From: Candidatus Daviesbacteria bacterium
GTDB lineage: Bacteria; Patescibacteriota; Microgenomatia; Daviesbacterales; UBA10151
Assembly (NCBI GenBank): GCA_016176335.1
Contig: JACOXI010000004.1
Location: forward strand, 146,303 to 210,302
Direction of reading: 5' to 3'
Length of the DNA stretch: 64,000 bases
The translations under genes were made by a program, and so were the position numbers. A model generated the notes under the pieces. It did no database searches, was not told the DNA's origin, and saw nothing but the letters and a program-made list of their open reading frames with translations. Positions 35,824 through 45,713 of the stretch are shown here, one piece after another. Each line of letters starts with the position of its first letter. The stretch's first letter is position 1.

Positions 35824-36494
35824 ATAACCAAAACTCAATGATAGATAAAATAATCCAAAGCCCTCTTTTTTTAAGGCTTAAGGAAGTTACTGAAAATAAT
35901 GGTTACCATGATCATGAGGCAGTTTATGACCACTTAATAAAAACCAAAGACATAGCTCTAAGGGAAATTACCGGAAACTTTATCACCAATCCTGATGCAA
36001 AAAAACTTTTTTTGGAATTTGTTAATGATGATTTTCATGGAATAGAAAGATCGGAAATTATGGTTATAATTGCTCTTTTACATGATATTGGCAAAATATT
36101 GTATGTGAAAGATAACGGAACTGCGCATCCCCTAATGATTACCGATTCTTCCGGAATTACTATGTGTCCGGGACACGAATACTGGGGATCCACTATTGTC
36201 GAACGATTCCTTAATAATGTTTCCCTTAAGCCAGAAGTTATTAGATATATCTCCAATGCAATTAGGCTTCACGATACATTCAGTGAGGCCTACTTTATTG
36301 TAAAAAAAGACTGGCCGTTTGAAACCATGATAAATGATGTTAAATCCAGAGCTGAAGGATTTTATAAAGAAGCTATTTTTAATGTTTATTGCGATTGTTT
36401 TACTGCAACACCTTTTCAGGAAGCAAAACAGATGATTGTTAAAATATTTAATGAACCAAAATTATATGAAAAACGTGCATATGTCATCTCTTAA
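35820..36494 (+). CDS. HD-domain protein
   Basis: YHDHEAVYDH, ALLHDIGK, GHE and RLHD motifs. Confidence 0.85.
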   Translation: MNNQNSMIDKIIQSPLFLRLKEVTENNGYHDHEAVYDHLIKTKDIALREITGNFITNPDAKKLFLEFVNDDFHGIERSEIMVIIALLHDIGKILYVKDNGTAHPLMITDSSGITMCPGHEYWGSTIVERFLNNVSLKPEVIRYISNAIRLHDTFSEAYFIVKKDWPFETMINDVKSRAEGFYKEAIFNVYCDCFTATPFQEAKQMIVKIFNEPKLYEKRAYVIS

Positions 36495-37185
36495 AATCCC
36501 TCTTTTTGATATTGACTGGACACTCCTTAGAGGTGAGGAGATTAACAAAAAAGCCCACAGAGATGCCTATAATTTTGCTCTTCATTCAATCTACAACCTT
36601 CCCAGTCATGTTTCGCAAAGAGATTATTTTTCGGAAGGAAAGATAGATTCACAAGTTTTAATGGAAATAGCCAAACTTCATGGGGTTACTGAAGATGAAG
36701 CTAAAACCAAAGTTCATACAGCTTTAAGTACCATGGCAAAGTATTTTATAAAACATGCAGGTGAAGGGCATTATGAACCAATGCCCGGGGTAGTAAACCT
36801 ACTTTCTGATTTAAAATCCAAAGGTATACCACTGGGATTACTCACAGGAAATGTGGCAGAAATAGGCCGGGAAAAGTTAAGAAGGGCCGGCATTGCGGAT
36901 TATTTTGCATTTGGGGCATTTGGGTCAATGGCTTTCAAACGTGTAGATTTAATACAAATTGCAAAGGAAAAAGCCAGTAAAGTTTTGGGACAGGACATAT
37001 CCATTCACCGGTTTGTCATTGTAGGAGATTCACCTTTGGATATTGCCTGTGCTAGGGATGGTGGAATTCCTGTAATTGCAGTCGGGGCTGGACACTATAA
37101 ATCCCATGAGCTTTCACACGCAGATTTGGTTGTGGATTCACTAGAAGAACAAGGTAAGATTATCAAATTTTTAAAACTTGCTTAA
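36481..37185 (+). CDS. HAD-superfamily hydrolase
   Basis: LFDIDWTL, LLTGN and VGDSPLD motifs. Confidence 0.9.
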   Translation: MSSLKIPLFDIDWTLLRGEEINKKAHRDAYNFALHSIYNLPSHVSQRDYFSEGKIDSQVLMEIAKLHGVTEDEAKTKVHTALSTMAKYFIKHAGEGHYEPMPGVVNLLSDLKSKGIPLGLLTGNVAEIGREKLRRAGIADYFAFGAFGSMAFKRVDLIQIAKEKASKVLGQDISIHRFVIVGDSPLDIACARDGGIPVIAVGAGHYKSHELSHADLVVDSLEEQGKIIKFLKLA

Positions 37186-38138
37186 GATTTCTTAACAGGA
37201 TGCCTACCGAATTGCCACCTCATGGCAGCCACCACTTTGTTTCTGAAGCCCGAAGGCGAATCTTCTTTATCTTTATCCGAATTTTCCCTTACAGCTAATG
37301 CTGCCTTAATAACAGGTACATCTATACCCATTTTATCTGCAATCTCTATAGTCCAATGAGCTTCTGCTTTTCCCTTACCAGCTCCTCCTGCTGAACCAAT
37401 AACAGATGAGATAGTCTTAAGATCTGGATCCTCATTTAATTCTTTTAATGTCCAGTCAACCAGTCTTGAATCAATAATTGATTTATTATTATAAACTCTA
37501 AAAACCTCTTTCAAATCAAAGTTAAAATCAGAATACTTAAGTATTGCTGCCCCTTCCCCAATTGCCTCCATCATGCCATACTCAATCCCATTATGCACCA
37601 TTTTGGCAAAATGTCCTGCCCCTACAGGGCCTAAGTGCCCATAGGCCCCAGGGGCTGCCTCAGCTCTTAAAACAGGTTCTGTTTTTTCAAAATCCTCCTT
37701 AGACCCTCCTGCCATCATGCAAGCCCCATGTCTTGCCCCTTCAACACCACCAGAGATTCCCACATCCATAAAATGAATCCCTTTTTCGGATAACTCTTTG
37801 GCCCTTCTTAAAGTTTCCTGATAAAATGAATTTCCCCCATCAATAATTAAATCACCTTCAGATAGTTTGGGAGTTAAATCACCTAACACAGTATCCATGG
37901 CATCAGCTGAAACCATCAGCCAAATTACCCGGAGGGTTCCCAGACTCTTAACCAGTTCATCAGTTGTTTCCGAAATTGTGAGATTTTCTGATCCGGATTT
38001 TAACTGGGAGGCCTCTTGCTTCAACTCTTCTCTTGGTTGGGGAGACCTATTCCAGGCAACAACTGTAATACCATGCTCCAAAAGATTGAGCACTATATTC
38101 TTCCCCATTCTTCCAAGTCCTATAAATCCAATCTTCAT
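37182..38138 (-). CDS. gnd: 6-phosphogluconate dehydrogenase (decarboxylating, short type)
   Basis: GLGRMG, IDGGNS, ISGGVEGA, KMVHNGIEYG and MRWQFGRH motifs. Confidence 0.95.
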   Translation of the reverse strand: MKIGFIGLGRMGKNIVLNLLEHGITVVAWNRSPQPREELKQEASQLKSGSENLTISETTDELVKSLGTLRVIWLMVSADAMDTVLGDLTPKLSEGDLIIDGGNSFYQETLRRAKELSEKGIHFMDVGISGGVEGARHGACMMAGGSKEDFEKTEPVLRAEAAPGAYGHLGPVGAGHFAKMVHNGIEYGMMEAIGEGAAILKYSDFNFDLKEVFRVYNNKSIIDSRLVDWTLKELNEDPDLKTISSVIGSAGGAGKGKAEAHWTIEIADKMGIDVPVIKAALAVRENSDKDKEDSPSGFRNKVVAAMRWQFGRHPVKKS

Positions 38139-38184
38139 TAAGATTACTATAATCCACCCTGTTTCTTTTGTAAATTATCAATCT

Positions 38185-38209
38185 ACTTGACACATGGAAT
38201 GTGTAAAGT
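38185..38209. promoter_or_regulatory. Palindromic operator candidate overlapping TTGACA
   Basis: ACTTGACACA-tggaa-TGTGTAAAGT, with 9/10 arm symmetry. Confidence 0.45.
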
Positions 38210-38283
38210 AACAATAATGTATATCTTTCAAATTACGACCTATAGCATTGACTTTATCAAATATTTCTGCTAAAATTTATACC

Positions 38284-39024
38284 ATGACACCAAAAGAAAG
38301 ACCTTCTTTTTGGAATCAACCAATCACAAGACGTGAAATATTAAAAGTAACTGTTTCAACAGCTGGATTAGGTACAGCTATTTATCTTGCTGGGGATTTT
38401 ATTGCTTCCCAAGAGGAGGAAGATGCTCAATATTCGCTTTCTGAACGGATCACAGATGGCCTGGAGTTCATGAAAACTCAAGGACTTACTCCAGCACAGG
38501 ATGTCTTATATGGATTTACTTATCCATCTACAAAAGAGGTTGCTCAACAATATCTTAATGCTCTGATCCCTTGGTATCTTAATCCAGACAGAAAACCCTG
38601 GCTTGTTGTTATAGAAGAAGGTAACACCAGTTACTTCTTCAGACGAGTAAGGCGGTTTATAGGGTGGGATAAAAATATTACCGAAGAAGCCGACGGGACA
38701 GTTATTCGGGCAACCAATGAGGAGGAAATTGACCTCCTTTACCTAAACCCTTCTTTTCAGAAAGCCAATCATACAGAAAGGGCAGTTACTTTATATCATG
38801 AAGGATTACACCTGTTTTACCAACCCCCAGATTTAGATGATTTTCTGGCCAGTGAGAGCATGCCTAATATAGGCCAAATACTTTTAAGTAGACTATATAT
38901 AGAAAATGGATTCCTGATTAGAGGTGTTAATCGTCAGCTTTGGGCTGCATATGATCAAGCTGTCCAACAAAAAAACCCCCAAATCTGGGAACAAGCATTA
39001 AAAGATGCTTACAAGGTAAACTAA
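38284..39024 (+). CDS. Hypothetical protein with a twin-arginine-like anchor and an HExxH motif
   Basis: ITRREILK followed by a hydrophobic stretch; LYHEGLH. Confidence 0.65.
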   Translation: MTPKERPSFWNQPITRREILKVTVSTAGLGTAIYLAGDFIASQEEEDAQYSLSERITDGLEFMKTQGLTPAQDVLYGFTYPSTKEVAQQYLNALIPWYLNPDRKPWLVVIEEGNTSYFFRRVRRFIGWDKNITEEADGTVIRATNEEEIDLLYLNPSFQKANHTERAVTLYHEGLHLFYQPPDLDDFLASESMPNIGQILLSRLYIENGFLIRGVNRQLWAAYDQAVQQKNPQIWEQALKDAYKVN

Positions 39025-39151
39025 TTATTCAGTTAAAATTACATTGTCCATACAATAAAACTATGTTCCCACTTGGAATATGGGTATTCGGATACTTAAG
39101 AACTTAAACCACTCTTGTATTTATTAATTGTAAATTGTACATTTTAAATTA

Positions 39152-39967
39152 ATGTACCTAGTTTTTGATATTGGTGGGACAAAAATGAGAATAGCGGTAT
39201 CCTCAGACGGTAGGCAAATCACTCAATCCAAAATTATCCCCACACCGAAAGATTTTGACCAAGCCATTCAAACTTTCAAAAAAGTGGCAGATGAAATTTC
39301 TGGGGGAAAAAAAATTGAGGTCATAGCTGGAGGGTTGGCCGGGCCCTTAGATAAAGATAAAACTATGTTAATTACCAGTCCTCATCTGGGTGGGTGGATA
39401 GAAAAACCCTTCAAGGCAGAACTTGAGAAATTGTTTGGTTGTCCAGTTTATCTGGAAAATGATGCTAATCTGGCTGCTTTGGGCGAGGCAACTTATGGTG
39501 CAGGAGTTAATCATAAAATTGTGGCTTATCTTACCATCTCAACAGGTGTGGGAGGTGGAAGGGTAGTTAATAAAAAAATTGATGAGAATTCATTGGGATT
39601 TGAGCCCGGCCATCAAATTATTGTGCCTGATGGCAGTCCCTGCAACTGTGGAGGCAAAGGCCACTTGGAATCTTATGTTTCAGGATCAGGATTGGAAAGA
39701 ACTTATGGTAAGAAAGCAGAAGAAATCAAAGATTCCAAAATTTGGGATGAAGTAGAAAGATATTTGGCAATCGGATTAAATAATGTCACTGTTTTGTGGT
39801 CGCCGGATATCATCATTTTAGGCGGATCTGTTATGCAGAGTATCAACATAGAATCCGTCAGGACCTACCTGAAAGAAATTTTAACCATATTTCCCAGAGC
39901 CCCCAAAATTGAACTTGCAAAATTAGGAGATTCTGTTGGACTTTACGGAGCCCTTTCCCTTATTTAA
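39152..39967 (+). CDS. ROK family sugar kinase (glucokinase-like)
   Basis: DIGGT, ENDAN, STGVGGG, EPGHQ and CNCGGKGHLE motifs. Confidence 0.93.
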   Translation: MYLVFDIGGTKMRIAVSSDGRQITQSKIIPTPKDFDQAIQTFKKVADEISGGKKIEVIAGGLAGPLDKDKTMLITSPHLGGWIEKPFKAELEKLFGCPVYLENDANLAALGEATYGAGVNHKIVAYLTISTGVGGGRVVNKKIDENSLGFEPGHQIIVPDGSPCNCGGKGHLESYVSGSGLERTYGKKAEEIKDSKIWDEVERYLAIGLNNVTVLWSPDIIILGGSVMQSINIESVRTYLKEILTIFPRAPKIELAKLGDSVGLYGALSLI

Positions 39968-40643
39968 CAACTCTTCTTAAAAACTCATCCAATGCCCGTT
40001 TTGCCGAGTCTTGGCCTCCCAATCCGAAAGCCAAACCACCTGCTATGGCCAACATGGCCACAATTCCGGTAAACAAAATCCTAATCAGATCTGCTGCAAC
40101 ACCGAGCTGGTTTAACACCACCAGGGCGGTAAAAAATACTATTGCATACCTGGCAGCAGTACCTAACAGGTTGGCAGAAGTTGACCCCAAACCCTTGGAT
40201 GTGTGTATTACCAAATCATGGACTAAATTAGCTACCACCAAACCTATAAAACCTATCACCACTGCCACAAACACATTCGGGATATAGAACAGGAACTGGT
40301 TTAGAAGCTCTGTTACCTTGGGAAGTCCCCAAGCCTCTGCGGCAGGAACCAAAAACAATATTACTACTGTCCACCGCACCAATTCTGCCAAAAGATTAGG
40401 CCAAACATTCCTTTTGACTCCAGTATCTGACTTTAGTTGATTAAACCAATCAGTGACACTGCCAAACCACTCCTCGACTCTTAAAATCTTTAAGAATCTG
40501 ATCAAAGCCTCCTTAAGTAAGGCTGCAACAACCAATCCAACCAAAAGTAAAATCAAACCTGCCAAAAATTGAGGTAAATAACCACCCAACCCTGCCAAAG
40601 ATGTTGTGACAATCGAACCAATAGTTAGACCAATTACTTCCAT
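39960..40643 (-). CDS. MscS-associated TM-helix membrane protein
   Basis: Repeated YLPQFLAG / YIPNVFVA helices and AGGLAFGLGG. Confidence 0.8.
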   Translation of the reverse strand: MEVIGLTIGSIVTTSLAGLGGYLPQFLAGLILLLVGLVVAALLKEALIRFLKILRVEEWFGSVTDWFNQLKSDTGVKRNVWPNLLAELVRWTVVILFLVPAAEAWGLPKVTELLNQFLFYIPNVFVAVVIGFIGLVVANLVHDLVIHTSKGLGSTSANLLGTAARYAIVFFTALVVLNQLGVAADLIRILFTGIVAMLAIAGGLAFGLGGQDSAKRALDEFLRRVVK

Positions 40644-40736
40644 TTATTTCACCCCCTCCCCAGGCAGATTAAGATCATCATAATCATACGCAAGGGCGTA
40701 ATGTCAATACCCTGATAAATTTGGTAGAATTAGAAA

Positions 40737-40809
40737 GCCCCCGTAGTATAACGGATAAAACATCTCGCTTCGGACGAGAAGACTGCAGGTTCGATTCCTG
40801 TCGGGGGTA
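40737..40809 (+). tRNA. tRNA-Arg(TCG)
   Basis: Acceptor GCCCCCG/CGGGGGT, anticodon arm TCTCG-CTTCGGA-CGAGA, GGTTCGATTCC. Confidence 0.93.
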
Positions 40810-40816
40810 CAAGCCA

Positions 40817-40871
40817 CGGGGGTTCGTTATTCGAGCAAAGCGAGAATACGAGATTTATCCCTCCAGGGGCG
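40817..40871 (+). repeat. Interrupted tRNA-Arg-like 3' half
   Basis: CGGGGGTTCG-[30-nt insert]-ATCCCTCCAGGGGCG, versus CGGGGGTTCGAATCCCTCCGGGCGCG in tRNA-Arg(TCT). Confidence 0.7.
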
Positions 40872-40887
40872 TAACTAATTGGAGTTT

Positions 40888-41811
40888 TTAATCTTTCTTC
40901 GTTTCCTGCTGTTTCTGAACCCATTTTACGCTTCTTTGAAAAAGTTGTACAAGATTTTTAATATCCGGCCGCTTTCCCAACATAAAAATGCACCGCTTGA
41001 TTCCAAACCGTAACTGATCATTGTTTAACTCCGCCAACAACTCATTAAACGAAGAGCGCTCTCGAGGGTCTTTGGCCCAAGCTGCGCTGCTAAACATAAT
41101 CATCTGTAATACTGCATCAGTTTTTGGATGGCCGTCAAAAAGCTGCGGTATTCTTTCAGAGCTTACTGCCTCCCAACCTTCAGGAATATGAGGTAATAAC
41201 TTCTCTAACTCTGCTAAGGTCCAAAATCTGCCTTTCTCTAACTCCTTCTCGTCTATATGAGGCACACTAACCAAAGAAGGTTTTGCTCTGCTTTCACTTT
41301 GAACAATGATCTCTCTTGGATCTATTGGCACGGCATCACCACTATTGTCGTGAGAAGGTGACAAAGAGAGACCTGAGGAATTAGGTAGAAGGAGAGAAAA
41401 ATTTAGCTTTTCTCTTAAGGGATGCTTTCCCAGTGCCTCTGCTACCCTACCTATTCTCTCAATCCGTAGAGTGTTTTTTTTGCCGCCTCGTTCTTTAAAT
41501 TCCCAAGACAATACTGCAATAATCCTCACCCCATCTTGATCAAGAGAATATCTAATTCCGTTTCCTTTTCCCTTTGGATGTCTTACCAAATCTAGCAAAC
41601 CGTCTCTCCCGGCAGTATTAATAATATTAAAAAGTTGAAATCTACCCAGCCCAAAAGCACTAGAAAATAGCATCGGTACTCTACTTGTTTGTATGGGCCA
41701 TTCCAAAACTTCTTGTATTCTCGGTTCAACGGATTGTCCCAAAAACGCTTTAAGGTTCTGATTACTTATCCCCTCATAGCTATATGCCGACTCAATGCTT
41801 CTTGTTGCCAT
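40888..41811 (-). CDS. Hypothetical protein
   Basis: 307 aa ATG ORF; no motif recognised. Confidence 0.7.
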   Translation of the reverse strand: MATRSIESAYSYEGISNQNLKAFLGQSVEPRIQEVLEWPIQTSRVPMLFSSAFGLGRFQLFNIINTAGRDGLLDLVRHPKGKGNGIRYSLDQDGVRIIAVLSWEFKERGGKKNTLRIERIGRVAEALGKHPLREKLNFSLLLPNSSGLSLSPSHDNSGDAVPIDPREIIVQSESRAKPSLVSVPHIDEKELEKGRFWTLAELEKLLPHIPEGWEAVSSERIPQLFDGHPKTDAVLQMIMFSSAAWAKDPRERSSFNELLAELNNDQLRFGIKRCIFMLGKRPDIKNLVQLFQRSVKWVQKQQETKKD

Positions 41812-42043
41812 ATAATCAAAATTTTTGGCATTATACTACCTCCAGCCATTTTTTTCATCTCTAGTGAGCCGGCTAGTACCTTAAACCTGCTTCGCCCGCT
41901 CAGCGAGGCGAGCAGACTGCGGGAATTCTCCAAATTATTCCTTCATGACGGTCTAAACTCCGAATTTGCCTACCTTTTTCTTTAGAAAAAGGCAAGCTCT
42001 GCTTATACATTTGGCCTAAAAAATGCATAGTAAAGTACAACAG

Positions 42044-43102
42044 TCATCTCTCCTTTAAAACATAATACGTGGCTTTACCTTTACCTTTTCTATCAATTAG
42101 ACCTAAATCTATTAATTTCTTAAAATCCAATGCTCGAGTGGCTTTTGCCCGTTCAATTAGTTTTGCATAATCACGATCAGCAATAAATCCTTTCTCTTTT
42201 ATAAACCTAAGTATTTTCAAGTGATGGGGTTGTAACTTAGTTTCTGGGCTTATTCCAACTTCCGGAAGTAGTTTTTGGACTCTTAAAAGTTCATCAATTA
42301 TTCCTTCTGTAAAATATTCCAGCCATGAGGTGAAATCAGTTTTATCTACCAATTCATAATAATTGCCAAACTCTCCTACAGTCTGAAAATATTTAGTAAC
42401 ATTTTTGTTGTAGTAATTCTCGAAGCTAAACAAGTTAAAAGTGTTCAGTCCCATTTCAGCAAGCAATACTTTTGTAGTAAGACGGGTTGTTCTTCCGTTT
42501 CCATCCATAAAAGGATGAATAATTACCATTTGTTTGTGGAATATACCCGCTAAAATTAAAGGATCAATTTTATTTCTATTGTCATTTATAAATTCTACTA
42601 GGTCTTCTATAAGTGTCTTTATATCTTTTGCATCAGGCGGTAAGTAAATAACTTTTCTAGTCCTTGGATCATTTACAACTACTGGTTGCTCCATCAATTT
42701 TCCAGATTCAAACTTAGGCAATAGTCCAACAGTCACTTGCTTTTGAATTTTTAACATCAGCTCAAGAGATAATCTTACTTTTGCCTTTTCAAGTTTTTCA
42801 TTTAAATTCTGGAGTGCCTGATTGTAATTTAAAACCTCCCTTTCACTATCTCTTAATACGCTAGTATCAAACTTGTTTATATGTGCAGGCTTTGTTTTGA
42901 GAATTTTTTTAACTTCTGTTAAAGGAAGGGGATTGCCTTCGATACTGGTTGAAGCATAAGTTGACACTGCCCTTGCTGTTTTTTCAAGTTCTACTAACAC
43001 AACGTGGGGAAATCGTCTATTATTGAGTTCATTTACTAAAGTATTAATTCTTTTAATCTTTGCCAGGAGACGATCCGTAATTGTATAGCGGGGGTTAAGC
43101 AT
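42044..43102 (-). CDS. Fic family protein with C-terminal wHTH
   Basis: HPFMDGNGRTTR and STSIEGN; paralog of 2675-3733. Confidence 0.93.
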   Translation of the reverse strand: MLNPRYTITDRLLAKIKRINTLVNELNNRRFPHVVLVELEKTARAVSTYASTSIEGNPLPLTEVKKILKTKPAHINKFDTSVLRDSEREVLNYNQALQNLNEKLEKAKVRLSLELMLKIQKQVTVGLLPKFESGKLMEQPVVVNDPRTRKVIYLPPDAKDIKTLIEDLVEFINDNRNKIDPLILAGIFHKQMVIIHPFMDGNGRTTRLTTKVLLAEMGLNTFNLFSFENYYNKNVTKYFQTVGEFGNYYELVDKTDFTSWLEYFTEGIIDELLRVQKLLPEVGISPETKLQPHHLKILRFIKEKGFIADRDYAKLIERAKATRALDFKKLIDLGLIDRKGKGKATYYVLKER

Positions 43103-43217
43103 ATAGTCTAATTATAAGCGGAGCTTGAAATACTCCATGGTCGTATTATAGACGATTAGTAGACGATTCTCAATGGGTAAAATTTCGATCCCTGTGGCCA
43201 AGTTGAATCATCAGATA

Positions 43218-43727
43218 AGAGGACCAATTCCTGAGGCTGGTAGCCCTAGAGAGGTCATACAGATGGATACTGTGGATTTTGGGGCTGTGTTGCCTTTACA
43301 GGAGTAGATATCTTCACCAAAGAAGTTAATGTTAAGCTGTATCCATCACTCACCGCTAAAGATGGGTTAGATTTCTTAAGTTCCTCTTTTGATTCAAGGT
43401 TCCATCACACTAATCTTTTGCAAACTGATGGAGGCCCTGAATTTAAGGCTGAATTTAAAGCTAATGTATTCAAATATGCAGATAGATTCAGAGTAGCCAG
43501 GCCATATAAAAAGAATGAGCAAAGCTACATTGAGAGTTTTAACAGATCACTCAGAAAAGAGTGTTTAGGCTGGAGTAAGTATAGGACTAATCAGTTGTCA
43601 AGCCTAACTAGAGAACTAACAGATTATTTGATGTATTATCATACTAAGAGGCCTCATATGAGTTTAGGTATGAAAACTCCTGAGAGGTTTTTAAAAGAAC
43701 TAGTGTCGGATATTTAAGTGTACATAC
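43218..43727 (+). mobile_element. Truncated, frameshifted IS integrase-core transposase (IS481/IS3-like)
   Basis: QMDTVDFG (frameshift near 43290), VDIFTK, QTDGGPEF, IESFNRSLRKEC and RPHMSLGMKTP; the N-terminal HTH is missing. Confidence 0.85.
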
Positions 43728-43818
43728 CGCACAATATATTGAGTAACTAAGGCCTCGCTTTCTTAATTGTTTTTATCAATTTCTTGCTATATAATTCATA
43801 GCAATTCTGCCTAACAAA

Positions 43819-44622
43819 ATGGTTGACATACAAAATCAGAATGATACCAGACAAATACCACTTGAGATGGTAGGAATTAAAAATATTGCTTTGCCCTTGT
43901 TAGTACCTACAAAATCCGGTAAACCGCAAAATGTAACAGGACTTGTCAGCTTTTATACTAATTTGCCTCACAATAGTAGAGGTACTCATATGAGCCGCTT
44001 TGTCGAAGTATTATACAGAAATCGTCGTAATCATTTAACTTTCCAGCAACTAAAACATATTGCTGGTGAAGCCAAAAAAAAACTTAAAGCTGAAAAGGCA
44101 TATCTGGAAGTATCTTTTACCTATCTAATAGAGAAGAAATCTCCAGTATCAAAAAAGTATAGCTTTCTAGACTATGAATGCAAAGTCGCTTCTAAAGTTA
44201 ATTCAGGTGATTATGAACAAAGATTAACTGTTAATGTCCCAGTATTATTACTTTGTCCATGTAGTAAGGCAATCAGCAAATTTAATGCACATAGCCAGAG
44301 GGCAACTGTGACTATTGAGGCAGATTTTATAGGTGAATTTTGGATTGAGGATTTAATAAGGTTGATAGAGAAAGAAGGAAGTTGTGAGATTTACCCGTTA
44401 TTAAAAAGAGCGGATGAAAAATATGTAACTGAAAGATCGTACGACAATCCTAAGTTTGTGGAGGATATTGTTCGTGATATTGCCTTGAAACTAAAAAAAA
44501 CCGCAAGTATCCAGTCTTTTGTTGTAGAATGCGAAAGCTATGAATCAATACACAATCATAATGCTTATGCCAAATTCGTAAGTGATAGTGTCAAAAAAGG
44601 AGCCAGAAATGTTAATAGCTAA
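43819..44622 (+). CDS. folE2: GTP cyclohydrolase I type IB
   Basis: DIQ, VGIKN, RGTHMSRF, LCPCSK, AHSQR, LKRADEK, PKFVED and ESIHNHNAYA motifs. Confidence 0.96.
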   Translation: MVDIQNQNDTRQIPLEMVGIKNIALPLLVPTKSGKPQNVTGLVSFYTNLPHNSRGTHMSRFVEVLYRNRRNHLTFQQLKHIAGEAKKKLKAEKAYLEVSFTYLIEKKSPVSKKYSFLDYECKVASKVNSGDYEQRLTVNVPVLLLCPCSKAISKFNAHSQRATVTIEADFIGEFWIEDLIRLIEKEGSCEIYPLLKRADEKYVTERSYDNPKFVEDIVRDIALKLKKTASIQSFVVECESYESIHNHNAYAKFVSDSVKKGARNVNS

Positions 44623-44953
44623 AGAATTTACTTTTGATTCTGCTCATAAATTACCTAACTATAATGGTTTATGTGCAAATTTGCATGGGCATACTTACAA
44701 ACTGGTTGTATGTCTGAATGGAAAAATCAAAGAAGACGGAATGGTGATTGATTTTAGTGTGCTTAAACAAAAAGTAAACGATAAAGTCATTAAATTATTA
44801 GACCATAAATTTTTAAATGATTTGATTGATTATCCTACTGCAGAAAATATTGCAGTTTGGGTATGGAAACGATTAATTAAGGAATTGCCGCAGTTATATG
44901 AGATTTCTTTATGGGAAACACCAACCAGTCACGTTATTTATAGAGGTGATTGA
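44609..44953 (+). CDS. queD: 6-carboxytetrahydropterin synthase
   Basis: FDSAH, CANLHGHTY, DHKFLN, PTAENIA and WETP motifs. Confidence 0.96.
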   Translation: MLIAKEFTFDSAHKLPNYNGLCANLHGHTYKLVVCLNGKIKEDGMVIDFSVLKQKVNDKVIKLLDHKFLNDLIDYPTAENIAVWVWKRLIKELPQLYEISLWETPTSHVIYRGD

Positions 44954-44962
44954 ATATAGAAT

Positions 44963-45706
44963 ATGGCTGAGAAATATACACCAACTCCACTTGAGGCACA
45001 AAGAATTAAAATGCAACCGGATATGTTGAAGGTTTCCGGTGACGGGGTGTTTTTTTCTATACAGGGCGAGGGAAGGAGTTTGGGGTTGCCATCTGTTTTT
45101 TTACGACTTCATTTTTGCAATTTACGTTGTAGCTGGTGTGATACAAAATATACTTGGGATAAAAATTCTCCTGAGTTTTGGCAAGAATCCCAAGATTGGA
45201 CTATAGATCGGGCTAAGGCAGAGATCACGCGTTTTCCTGCCAGGAGATTAATAGTCACAGGAGGAGAACCACTGCTTCAGCAAAGAAAGATCGTGAATCT
45301 ATTACAACAAATGCCTGATTGGGAAGTAGAAATTGAAACATCAGGCACAATAGCTCCGTTACCAGAGTTACAAGAACGTGTTCAGTTTAATGTATCGCCA
45401 AAGCTGGATAATTCTGGAAACCCAAGAGTAGTTAGACTTAAACCTCAGGTTTTGCGTGCACTAAACGAATTACCTTTAACCAGTTTTAAATTTGTAGTTC
45501 AGGATCCAAGTGATTTTGCGGAAATCCATCGAATTGTTCAAGACTGTGGTTTAGACCAGTCAAAAATAATTATTATGCCCGAAGGATCAACGCAAGAAGA
45601 CATTAGAAGACATGGTTTGATGGTTGTTGAGGATGTTAAATTACAGGGTTGGAGATTAATGCCCAGACTTCATATAGACCTATGGGGACACCAAAGAGGC
45701 ATCTAG
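44963..45706 (+). CDS. queE: 7-carboxy-7-deazaguanine synthase (radical SAM)
   Basis: SIQGEG, CNLRCSWCDT, TGGEPL, IETSG, VSPKL and PRLH motifs. Confidence 0.96.
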   Translation: MAEKYTPTPLEAQRIKMQPDMLKVSGDGVFFSIQGEGRSLGLPSVFLRLHFCNLRCSWCDTKYTWDKNSPEFWQESQDWTIDRAKAEITRFPARRLIVTGGEPLLQQRKIVNLLQQMPDWEVEIETSGTIAPLPELQERVQFNVSPKLDNSGNPRVVRLKPQVLRALNELPLTSFKFVVQDPSDFAEIHRIVQDCGLDQSKIIIMPEGSTQEDIRRHGLMVVEDVKLQGWRLMPRLHIDLWGHQRGI

Positions 45707-45713
45707 CAATTTA

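Noticed and set aside
40730-40924. 64-aa minus-strand ORF
   Set aside because: It is antisense to tRNA-Arg(TCG).
43730-43818. preQ1 riboswitch upstream of the que genes
   Set aside because: No AGAGGTTCTAG-like stem-loop with an A-rich tail is visible, and the leader is very short.
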